This document shows positions 52,391 to 64,000 of a DNA stretch of 64,000 nucleotides, piece after piece. The notes beneath the pieces were generated by a model. It did no database searches, was not told the origin of the DNA, and worked only from the letters and a program-made list of their open reading frames with translations. Numbering within the stretch: the stretch's first letter is position 1; every line of letters starts with the position of its first letter. Made by a program: the position numbers and the translations under genes. Source of the DNA: Pristiophorus japonicus (lineage: Eukaryota); NCBI RefSeq assembly GCF_044704955.1, contig NC_091999.1, positions 26,598,001-26,662,000 of the forward strand, written 5' to 3'.

Positions 52391-53107
52391 TACAGACAGT
52401 TCTAGTTTCTCTGGAACATTTTTTCCTCTCTTGCTCATCCTAAGCTGTATAATTAGTCCACTCCACTGCTCTGCCTCATAACCCTGCAAATCTTTGCAAC
52501 TCAAATATTTATCTCTTTTGCACTTAAAGAGTGAATCTGCCTCCACCACCCTTACAGGCAGTGCGTTCCAGGCCATAACATTTCGCTACTGAATGTTTTT
52601 CGCTCGTGTGGCATCTGGTTCATTTGCCAATCATCTTAAATAAGTGTCCTCTGGCTACCGAGCCGTCTGACACTGAAAATGTTTTCCCTCATTAAGAGGG
52701 TTGGTGGGCTGGAGGAGGTTACAGAGATCGGGAGTGGCGAGGTCTTGGCGGGATTTGAACAAGAGGAGGAGAATTTTAAAGGCTGAAGCTACCCGCCGTC
52801 TCCCCCAGTGCAGAATGTGGCTCTCTATTAACAGGAAGGATTTTTGTTTCACAACTAAAGATGCATAATGAGGGGAAATCAATCTGTGTATCTTTAACTA
52901 ACAGCGAAATGGAAAGAGAGAAATGAATGGCCTTTAAACACCTGGTTATCGACCCCCGAAACTGTAAATTATTTCTCATTATATAACCATACAAATTTAC
53001 AGCACGGAAGGAGGCCATTTAGGCCCATCTTGTTTGTGCAGACTGATAGAGAGCTATCCATTCTAATCCCACTTTCCAGCTCTTAGTCCGTAGCCTTGTA
53101 GCTTACA

Positions 53108-53425
53108 GAGGCGTGAGTTCGGGGCCATTGGGCAGCGCGGGCCAGACCACACAGTGATAAGTGTGCACACTAGGTCCGTGCAGCAGAGCACATCTAGGAT
53201 AACCCTTGCCACTGGAATAAGACCTAGCTCTGTCAAGCCCGCGTGGCGGCTGGTGTGTAACGGCCAGCACACGTTAAAAAAATCCATGCACAAGCATCTT
53301 CCACCCGTCAGGATGTAGTTTGGAACATGGAATATTAGGTCCTTCATTGAAACATCTGTGAACTCATCCTTCTTTTTGGCGTGGAAGCAAGTCATCCTCG
53401 TTTCGACGCACTGCCAATGATGATA
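53108..53425 (+). mobile_element. SINE-like element with RTE-type 3' tail
   Basis: Ends GGAAGCAAGTCATCCTCG...CTGCCAATGATGAT, resembling RTE 3' ends with a trinucleotide tail. Confidence 0.45.
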
Positions 53426-53429
53426 CTTT

Positions 53430-54010
53430 GTATCGGGTGAGTATGCAATGTGTTGTGTGAGTACAGATTGACATTTGTCCGTATATGTTGTTTTGTGTGG
53501 GGACACCTTGTATTGTGTGAAGTCACGATATATTGTGTGAGTAGAACTTGTGTTGCATGAGTACAGCTTGTGTTGCGTGACTACATCTTGTATTGTGGGA
53601 GTGCACCATGTATTTATAAGTAAAGCTTTTATTGTGTGAGTACACCTTGTATTGTGTGAGTACTGACTTTGTTGCATAAATACAGCTTATATATTGTGAG
53701 TACTGATATTATGGTGTGAGTTCACATTTTATATCGTGTGAGTATAGTTTTTATGGTGTGAGCACACGTTTTATCGTGTAAGTACATCTTGTATTGTGAA
53801 AGTAAAGCTTTTGTTGTATGTGTACACCTTGTATTGTATGAGCACCCCTTTTACTGTATGTGTACATATTTTATTATGTGAGTACACCTTGGGGTTGTGT
53901 GCGTAAACCTTGTAATGTGTATGTACACCTTGTATTGTGTGAGAATAGTTTGTATTGCGTAATTTCAGCTTGTATTGTATAAGTACACCATGTATTATGT
54001 GAGTAAACCT
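53430..54010. repeat. 20-bp minisatellite (CTTGTATTGTGTGAGTACAC)n, left part
   Basis: Direct periodicity. Confidence 0.88.
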
Positions 54011-57000
54011 TTGTCTCTGATCGGGAGGAGCATCAGTTGGAGGAGCTAGAGGGAGCGGGAGGATCGAGGCGGATAAAAGTACTGCAGCAGATCGGGAGGA
54101 AGAGCAGTCGCAGGAACAGCTGCTGTAGCGTCAAAAATCAAAAAGCAAAATAGAATTAAAAAGAAATCGAAGAGTAATGTCACAGCCAAGCGGGTAAGTT
54201 TTTGGCTGGTTGATTGGTAAGCATTTTTTCTTTTTTTTTTCTTTTCTTATCAGTAGGAAACCTTTGGCATTGTTGCCAAATTATGTTAATCTAAAGGTTA
54301 AGTCATGGCAGGAGAGCCCAGAGCCGTGTCCTGCTCCTCCTGTGGTATGTGGGAAGTCAGGGACACTGGCTACTATGTGTGCGTGAAGTGTGTCGAGCTG
54401 CAGCTCCTGTCAGGTCGCATTGAGGCACTGGAGCTGTGCATGGATTCACTCTGGAGCATCCGCGATGCTGAAGATGTCTTGGATAGCATGTTTAGTGAGT
54501 TGGTCACACAGCAGGTAAAGGTGACACAGACAGATAGGGAATGGGTGACCATCAGGAAGAGCAGGGGAAGGAAGGTAGGGCAGATATACAGTTTTGGATA
54601 CTGCTGAGGATGGTGGCTCATCAGGGAAAGGGAGCAGCAGCTAAGTTCATGGCAGCAGGGGTAACTGTGCTGCGCAGGTGGGCTGGAAAAAGAGTGGAAG
54701 GTATATAGTGAGAGGAGATTCTATTAAAAGGGGAAGAGATAGGCGTTTCTGCGGCCGCAAACGAGACTCCAGAGTGGTATGTTGCCTCCCTGGTGCAAGG
54801 GTCAAGGGTGTCTTGGAGCGGGTGCAGGGCATTGTGGAGGGGGAGGGTGAACAGCCAACTATCGTGGTGCATGTAGGTACCAACAATATAGGTAAAAAAC
54901 TGGATGACATTCTACAAGATGAATTTCGGGAGCTAGGAGTTAAATTTAAAAGTCGGGCCTCAAAGGTAGAATCTCAGGATTGCAATCAGTGCCACGTGCT
55001 ATTCAGAGTTGGAACAGCAGGATAGTTCAAATGAATACGTGGCTTGAGGTTTGGGGCAAGGGGGAGGTATTCAAATTCCTGGGACATTGGAACAGGTTCT
55101 GTGGGAGATGGGACCAGTACAAACCGGATGGTCTGCACCTGGGCAGGACCGGGACCGAGGTCCTTGGTGGTGTGTTTGCTAGTGCTGTTGGCGAGTGTTT
55201 AAACGAATATGGCAGGCGGATGGGGATCTATGTAGGGAGGCAGAGGGAAGTAAAAAGGCTGCAGAAGCAAAAGATAGGAAGGAGAAAAGTAAGAGTGGAG
55301 GGCAGAGGAATCAAAAAGCGGCATATTAAAATATAATTCTAAAAGGACAAAGAGTTTAAAAAAAACAAGCCTGAAGGCTTTGAGTCTCAATGCGAGGAGC
55401 ATTCATAATAAGGTGGATGAATTAACAGCGCAGATAGCTTTTAACGGATATAATGTAATTGGGAATTTCGGAGACATGGCTCCAGGGTAACCAAGGCTGG
55501 GAACACAACATCCATTGGTATTCAATATTCAGGAAGGATAGACAGAAAGGAAAAGCAGGTGGAGTAGCGTTACTGATTAAAGAGGAGATTAACACAATAG
55601 TAAGGAAGGCATTACCTTGACTGATGTGGAATCTATATGGATAGAGCTGCGAAACACCAAATGTCAGAAAATGTTTTCGGGAATTATGTACAGACCACCA
55701 AACAGTAGTAGTGAGCGTGGGGATGGCAAGAAACAGGAAATTAGGGATGCGTGCAATAAAGGTACAGCAGTTATCATTGATGACTTAAATCTACATATTG
55801 TCTGGGTAACCAATCTGGTAGCAGTACTGTGGAGGAGGATTTCCTGGAGTGTATTTGGGATGGTTTTCTGTACCAATATGTCGATGAATCAACTAAAGAG
55901 CAGTCCATCCTAGACTGGGTCTTGTGTAATGAGGGTGGATTAATTAGCAATCTTGTCATGCGAGGGGATGGGCGACCATAATATGGTATAATTCTTCATT
56001 AAGAAGGATAATGTCACAGTTAATCCAGAGTCTAGTGTCCTGAACTTAAAGAAAGGTAACTTCGATGGTATGAGACATGAATTGGCTAGGATAGAGTGGC
56101 GGATTATACTTAAAGGGTTGCTGGTAGATAGGCAATGGCAGACATTTAAAGATCACAGTGATGAACTACAACAATTGTACATCCCTGTCTGGCATTAAAA
56201 TAAAACGGGGATGGAGGCTCAGCCGTGGTTAACAAGGGGACTTGTGGATATTATTAAATCCAAGGAAGAGGCATATAAATTGGCCAGAAAAAGTAGCAAA
56301 CATGAGGACTGGAAGAAATTTAGAATTCAGTAGAGAAAGACAAAGGGTTTAATTATGAAGGGTAGTGGGATACCGCAAGTTTCAGTGCTGGGACCCCAAC
56401 TATTTACAATATATATTAATGATTTAGACGAAGGAATTGAATGTAATATCTCCAACTTTGCAGATAACACTAAGCTGGGTGGCAGTGTGAGCTGTGAGGA
56501 GGATACTAAGAGGCTGCAGGTTGAATTGCCGGATAAGTGAGTGGAAAAATGCATGGCAGATTGAGTAAAATATGGAGAAGTGTGAGCTTATCCACTTTGG
56601 TGGCAAACATAGGAAGGCAAATTATTATCTGAATGGTGAAATATTAGTAAAATGGGAGGTGCAACGAAACCTGGGCATCATGGTACATCAGTCATTAAAA
56701 TAGGCAGGCATGTACAGCAGACAGTAAAGAAAACAAATGGCATGTTGGCCTTCATAGCATGAGGATTTGAGTATGGGAGCAGGACGGTCTTGCTGCAGTT
56801 GTACAGGGCCTTGGTGAGACCACACCCTGAGTATTGTGTGCAGTTTTGTCTCCTAATCTGAGAAAGGACCTTCTTGCTTTTGAGGGAGTGAAGCGAAGGT
56901 TAACCGGACTGATTCCCGGGATGGCAGGACTGACATATGAAGAAAGGTTGATTCAATTGGCTTATATTCCCTGGAATTTAGGAGAATGAGAGGGGATCTC

Positions 57001-57389
57001 ATCGAAGTATATAAAATTATGACGAGATTGGTCAGGTCGGATGCAGGAACATTGTTCCCGATATTGGGGAAGTCCAGAACCAGGTGTCACATGCTAATGA
57101 TAAGGGGTAAGCCAAATAGGACCGTGATGAGGAGAAGCTTTTTCACCCAGAATATCGTGAACCTATGGAATTCTCTACCACAGAAAGCTTTTGAGTCCAG
57201 TTCGTTGGATATATTCAAAAGGGAGTTAGATTTGACCATTACGGCTAAAGGGATCAGGGGGTATGGAGAGAGGGCAGTAATGGGGTACTGAAATTGCATT
57301 ATCAGCCCTGATCATATTGAATGGTGGTGCAGTCTCGAAGGTCCGAATGGGCTGCTCCTGCACCTATTTTCTATGGTTTCTATGTTTCT
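54011..57389 (+). mobile_element. Near full-length decayed CR1 (5' UTR, ORF1 zinc finger/esterase, ORF2 with internal deletion, tail)
   Basis: CSSC...CVKC, GDS/GTNN/DGLHL, EN motifs, jump at ~56360 to GIPQVSVLGP, (TTTCTATG) tail. Confidence 0.9.
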
Positions 57390-58760
57390 ACACATTGTAT
57401 TGTGTGTGCACACCTTGTATTTTGCGAGGACAATCAGAGTTGCATGAGTACATCTTGTATTGTGTACGTACACGTTGTACTGTGTGAGTAATCCTTGTAT
57501 TTCGTGAGTACATTTTGTATTTTGTGAGCACTTTGCACTTTGTGAGTACACCTCGCATTTTGTGCGTATGCCTTGTATCATGTGAGTAAACATTGTATCG
57601 TGTGAATACATCTTGTATTGTGTGATTACAGCTTGTATTGTGTGATTACACCTTGTATTGTGAATACACCTTGAATTGTGTGATTACATCTTGTATTGTG
57701 AATAGACCTTGTATTGTGTGATTACACCTTGTATTGTGTGATTACAACTTGTATTTTGATTACCCTTGTATTGTGAGTGTACAGCTTGTATTGTGTGATT
57801 ACACTTTGCATTATGTGAATACACCTTGTATTGTGTGATTACACCTTGTATGGTGATTACCCCTTGTATTGTGTGAATACACCTTGTATTGTTAGTGTAC
57901 ACCTTGTATTGCGTGATGACACTTTGCATTATGTGAATACGCCTGTATTGTGTGGGTACACCCCGTAATCTGCCAGTTCACGTTTTATTGTGTGAGAATA
58001 ACTTGGAATATTTGAGTACACATTGTATTGTGTGAGTACACATTTTATAGAACGAGTACATCTTGTATTGTGCGAGTACATCTTGTATTGTGTGAGTACA
58101 CCTTGTATTGTGTGAGTACATCTTGTATTGTGTGAATATATATTGTATTGTGGCAGTACACTTTAAAGCATGTGAGTACACATTGTATAAGTACACATTG
58201 TATTGTGTTCGCACATCTTCTATTGTGCGAGTACATCTTGTATTGTGTGAATATATTATCTATTGTGTGAGTACAGCTTCTATTGTGTGCGTACATCATG
58301 TATTGTGTGAGAATCCATTGTAATGTGTGACTGCAACTTGCATTGTCAGTTTGTGCATCTTGTGTTGTGTGAGTACACCATGTATTTTGTGAGGATACAT
58401 TGTATTGTGTGATTTCACCTTGTATTGTATGAGTAGTGCTGATATTGTGTGAGTACACCTTGTATTGTCTACCGACACATTATTTTGTATTAGTACAACT
58501 TGTATTGTGTGAGCGATCCTTGTAATGGGTAAGTACAACTTCTATTTTCTAAGTACACGTTGTACTGTGTGTGTGCAACTTGGACTATTTTATTGCAAAT
58601 TGTATATTGAAAGTACGCTTTCTATTATGTGAGTACATGTTTTGTTTATTTGTGCATCTTGTATTCTGTGAGTACACCTAGTATTGTGCGAGTACACCTT
58701 TTATTGTGTGGGTACGTCTCATATTCTGGGGTGTAACTTGCATTGTGTGGGTATAACTTC
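57390..58760. repeat. 20-bp minisatellite, right part
   Basis: Same unit as 53430-54010. Confidence 0.9.
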
Positions 58761-59749
58761 CATTACATAACTACATACGGCAGCATGTGACTGTCACTGT
58801 TGCTCTGATTCGTGCCTGTTCTAGATGTCCTTGAGCTGTGATTGGTTCCGCCTCATTAGAAGTGTTGTTCCTTTGCTGCTTCACAGAATTGAACATTCCA
58901 TATGAGTCAGCCGTACTTAGTTTTGCAAAAACTGCTGGGATATTACTTTAGATGCTAAGCTGGGCCACATGATATCTCGAGCCTTGGGAGTCATATCCCA
59001 AGAGTCCGAACAAAATTGTTCCTCCTCCCACAATGAAAATGGAAAGTAAGTGCTGAATTTGTTTGTTCAAATAACTGTAAATAATTGTGAAAACTAATTG
59101 TCTACCTGTGGATTTCCAACACATATAAATGAGGACCCTTTGAGCCTGTCATGGAGAATCTGTTTGATTGACTCTCACAAGCAGAGACCATCGCTTCTCA
59201 TAGAATATGCACGGTCGGATAACTGGTCTAGTTTATGCCATTTACTATCCTATTCTCGCAGCTATTGGAGTTCCGGGTGAGTCATTGCACTAAATCATTA
59301 AATTGTAAATGATTGTTGAATGAACTTACAGCTGTTACTGACAATTTAAAATGTGACATATTCATCTCCAGTTGTTTGTTAGAAAGTCACTTCGTGAGTG
59401 GTATCCTAGTTTTCCATCATTCTTTAATTTATATGTATTGTTTTACACAAGCTGCAGTGGTTGAGTCTCAAATACACACAGTACTCTGCGATTATTGCAA
59501 ATAGCAAGCATTATGTTCGGCTTGTTCATTGTACTGAATTATATTTTTTAAATAATGTTTTGTTCACTTTTTTAACACCTATGATTGTGTGTGGATAATT
59601 CTACATGTGAACATCTGAGGACAAATTTTCAGCAAGATCACCTTAGATAGAATTTTAATATGTGTCATTGTGAAAAAGGTGAAAGTGAGTTGGCAGTCCG
59701 TGTTACATCTCTCCCGAATTTTATTTCATTGACTTCAATAGAAATACTA

Positions 59750-61806
59750 ATTGGGATGCTGGAGTTTTGCCAGCGCTCAGAGGACGGGATCGGTGGAGAG
59801 TCAGCTATCAAAATAAAAACATTGACAGTGGGTTGGGACCGAGCGCCATGCTACTTTCCCAGATGTCGTGTCTGTAAACTCTCAACAGACCCGCCACGCT
59901 GCAGCAGGCGAGGCAATTTAGGTCATTGTGACCTTGTTAAGAGTTTATTAAAAATAATGTTGAGCTGAACTTCCCATTTTGCCAGGTTTTCAATGAGATT
60001 CACACGGCTCGGGAAGCAGGACATCGGGCCATCTGTTACCATGAATTCATTTCTTTACCTGCTAGCTACAAATATGTTATAAATACTCCCATCTCACAGC
60101 TGTTTGCATTTCAAGATTAAAACGTCATGCTTACTGGGTTTGGGAGGCACATTGAACTTTGTGGACGTTGCACGTCCTTGGAACAATCTCTCATTGGAAG
60201 TTTCACCTCATTGGAACAATCTCTCACCATTGATAGATCACTTCTGTCCTCTCAAGGTCATTTGCCATCTATTACATTAGCCTTTGGAAATTTAAGCTTT
60301 CTCACTTTGCTCCTCTGAATCACATCACGATTAGCGCCAGCACCATAATCACAATTAACACTAGCAGCACCAACAACAACATCCTTCTCCGCAATCAACT
60401 GATGCTGCACAGGAGAGAGGGCATCAGAACTCGGCCACATTGCTGACCAGGACGGGAGGGATGGCCTGACCATGATTTACTTCAGCAGACGCTGTACATC
60501 CTGCCTGTCACATAATGCGCTATTTTGACACCACTCCAAAAGAACATCATACAGCGTCGTTACAGTGCCCAAGCCACAGCTTTCACAATCGTTGCCATTG
60601 CGGGGGGGTACCGTTATGTTTCAACATTCACACAGCTCAGAGCATCACATCTGAAGATGCGCATAAATCTGTCCAAGAACACAAAGTGATGAAATTACAG
60701 GTGTCAATATTTGACAGCACATTAAAAGAAATCTTGTATGATCATTGGCTAAACCACACATGCCTATCCTTGTGTGTTGTTAGTTGGTATAATTGCAACA
60801 GGATGAGGGTGAGTATGGGGCGTGGCTAGCGAGATGGAGAAGTTATAATGTAGATAGAGAGGGATAGGTGGATGTGCAAGGAAAGTTGATGTGCGTAAGA
60901 ATGTGCAGGAAGTGATGGGGCTGTGGTGAGTGGCACAACATGATAAGGTTGAGAATGGCTTTGCAATAAAGTGTGTGATCCACTTAGATCATGGAAAGAT
61001 TTTCACCACTGCAGTCTGGTCCTGCTGACGATATCACTGCCTTTGATTCCACTGCAATGTGCAACCGTATTGATTTGGTTTCCTGGGGAGGTCGCCCCTG
61101 CCCATAGTAAGTAACGAAAACGTCTCTCTGTGCTGCATAGGAGAGCCTGGGTGAAGCCGTGCACCTTTCTGCAGTGCGTGTCACTGTTTGTAGCAATTCA
61201 ATGCTGTGGAACTCTCAGAGCACAACTATTAAATTCAATTTCGAAAAGGTCCCTTTCAGGAAACCGTCTGATGAAGCGTCTCCAAATGACGTCATCAGGC
61301 CCCCTTCCTTCAAACCGCCCGAGCAATGCTCTGGGCGGGCTTAACAAGCTTAATCAATGGATAATCTTATCTACATAACTGGCTGGAGCCAGCAGCGAGA
61401 TCGGAACCTGCACGGAGCCACTGAGGTAGGCGAAAATGCGGCCATAAAACGAGCTGCAGGTTCATTATCAGCCGCTTTACACTACCTCTTGAAGTGAAGA
61501 TGTGCCTGCTTGAAATGATTATGGGTGAAATTCGTCTTGCATGGTAGAGGGAATCAGTAAACAGTTTTACAATTCTCCCGGTTATCTGCCCATTGACATC
61601 GAAGGAGAAGAAATTACGACTGAGCATATAACAGGTGGCCTATTCGCTACAGCCCGTCATTAATTGCACCCGTGTGTTCCTTCGGATTTTTATATTCCCG
61701 TGTTGCTAAGGACGGAGGCAATTTACAACATCCAGGTGTATATATCGCCCGGTATACGCAGTGCCTGACATTCAGTGTCTAACACCTGAGATTAATTCTT
61801 CGGCCC
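59750..61806 (-). mobile_element. Probable decayed PIF/Harbinger DNA transposon
   Basis: Myb/SANT-like residue (..RDVF..GRPP..IAVE) at 60984-61196, weak nuclease-like relic near 60300-60680, end AATTCTTCGGCCC; heavily degraded. Confidence 0.35.
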
Positions 61807-62179
61807 TGACTTTCAATATTGAGGTAGGATTGCAATTTGCAGCTATTACCTAAAACTGGCATCGCTGATCACTTGTCCTTATGGAAGCTGGTCGATTTTC
61901 ATTTCCAGCTCCAACACCAAGCTGCTCAGTTGGGATCGACCTTTTGTGTTCCATGTTCTACATATCTCAATCAATGCAAGCAGTCTGTTTCTCGCTCCCT
62001 TGTCCTATCTTTTCATAATTTGAAACATTTCTATCACATCGTCCCATAATTAGGGTTCTAATCAATTAAAAAACATTTTTGGAAGATTTATTGATATTTG
62101 TATCTCATCATGCCAATCAGCATCGCGTGATTTTCTCTCTCTATTCCCTCACTATCCTTCCTATACTGCAATACTTTAT

Positions 62180-62670
62180 ACCGTATTCTTAACTAAATCT
62201 CGTTAACCATGCTTTCCGTATGCTAACTCCCACCATCCGTTTCATCCATCATGCCCTGTGCTTGCTGACCTACACGAGTTCCTGGTCGAACAACGCTTTG
62301 ATTTGAACGTTCTCACCGTTGGTCAAATCCTTCCATTGCACCACACCTCCAGACCTTTATAACCTCCTTCAGCCCTACCATCTTGGATCATGAATGCATT
62401 CCTTCAATTATGGCCTATCCCCCATCCCCAATGTTCTTCATTCCACCATTGGTGGCCATGCCTTCAGCTCCCTAGTCGTTAAGCTCTGGAATTCTCTCTC
62501 GAACCGTGCTATCTCTCTCTCGTCATGAAAGACGCTCCTTAAACCTATCTACCTCTGATCCAGCATTTGGTTATCGTTCCGAATATTTGGCTCAGTATGA
62601 TGCTCCTGTGAAGCGTCTTGGGACGCTTTACTACATTGAATGCGCAATATAAATGCAATTTCTTGTATTA
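62180..62670 (+). mobile_element. L2-type LINE 3' end remnant
   Basis: CCCTGTGCTTGCTGACCTACA...AAGCTCTGGAATTC...TGTGAAGCGTCTTGGGACG...ATATAAATGCAA tail. Confidence 0.6.
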
Positions 62671-64000
62671 TATAGTTTCATTATTATCTCTTGGCTTTTA
62701 TTTTCTATTCCACTAGAGATAAAATCTCGGGATTTATCCCCATTTAATTAGTTGCTACAATTATTGGGGATTGCAATCTCCAATATTTTCGTTGTCGTAC
62801 AGTGTGCATGAAAAGACAACATGGAAAAGTTGCACATGAATAACAGGTGGGTCCCCGTTTGTAAGGAGCATTCGACATGTAAGGGTTGATGTGTAGGTCA
62901 TTGGTGAGGAATTTATCATTTCTGGTGAAGGGCCTGCAACCGAAGCCAGATTCCTTCTGTGTTCTTTACAGATGCTGATTGAGTTGTTGTGCATTTCCAT
63001 CTCAATGGTTTATTTTCAGAGCTGCAATATTTGCAGTTTCATTTCAGAGGGTTTTGGTTCATTTTTGTTACCCACTTTTTATTGTTATTTCTCATAATGC
63101 GCTAATTTTGGCCTTTTAATTGGATCTTTCGTCGGCTTCTAGTGGGTTTCCTAGCAGAAATGATTGCGTTGCTGATAATGAAAGACTGAATATAAACTGA
63201 ATACAGACAACATTTTGTAAACCAATGAAGATATCAGACGAGAACGATCACATGCATCGGATAGAATTTTTAAAAAGTGAGGTTGTTAAATCAATTATTC
63301 AATCAATGATTACATTTATCGAGTAAGTTAACTTAAGTGATTATGTTTAATTTATACAATAATTATTAATTGAGAGAGTCAGTATCACTGTCAAATAAGG
63401 TGAATAGTTTATTGACTCGATAGAACGTTGTTCAGGTATGGCTGCTTAGTGTTAATGGGTAATTTCGCGATGCTCGATTCTGAGACACACCTGATGGCCA
63501 GAAGTTGATGAGCAAGGAAGGTGGCAGGGAAGACATGCTGCTTGCACGTTCAGCATAAAACCGGGCTAGTAGACCGAGGAGTGATGTGTTTGACAGGAAA
63601 ATCGTTGAGGCTGAGTAGACAGAATTAGAATTTAACATGTATCATAGGACCAGTGTTTAAGACATAATGAACGTGGAGGGAGTCGGTGGGGTCGGCATTC
63701 ATCGGGGAAGCTGGAACAGGTCTTGAAACGGTCGTTAGGTTGAGAGTTGGGCACAGGGCCTAGTCAAAGGCCAGTAGAACAAAACAAGTTTTGGCTAAGA
63801 TTTATTTAAAAAGTGTACATTAGTAGCCACACGTAATTAAATAAACTGTGAATAAGTTTGATGTTTTTTCTTGTAAATTTTATATTTAGTTGCAAAGAGA
63901 AGCTATAATATTTTAGTGATAGATGAACGTTTGATATAAAACAATAAGCTGCATGAAATTTCCATCTAAAATATGCTCGCATCTAATTGAGTGTGATAAA

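Overview
Eukaryotic, repeat-rich DNA from a cartilaginous fish (shark-type), inferred from the immunoglobulin and retroelement sequences. The core is one minus-strand IgM heavy-chain cluster: promoter, leader, VH, JH, Cmu1-Cmu4 and secretory tail, ~13.8-38.9 kb. It is a pseudogene with lesions in V, CH1, CH2, CH3 and the tail. It is partly germline-joined: a D-like segment is fused to V and followed by a 22-bp-spacer RSS, which faces a 12-bp-spacer RSS on the J, with no free D between them. The secretory tailpiece is split by a ~9.25 kb nested insertion: a CR1 LINE carrying two tandem copies of a Tx1-clade LINE at the identical nucleotide (one full length with a 16-bp TSD, one 3'-UTR-only), suggesting a Tx1 family that targets a CR1 sequence. 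Downstream are two decayed endogenous retroviruses (tRNA-Ser and tRNA-Arg PBS). The rest is CR1/L2/SINE fragments, several minisatellites, a probable Harbinger relic and an assembly gap. Family assignments come from recalled motifs, not database searches.
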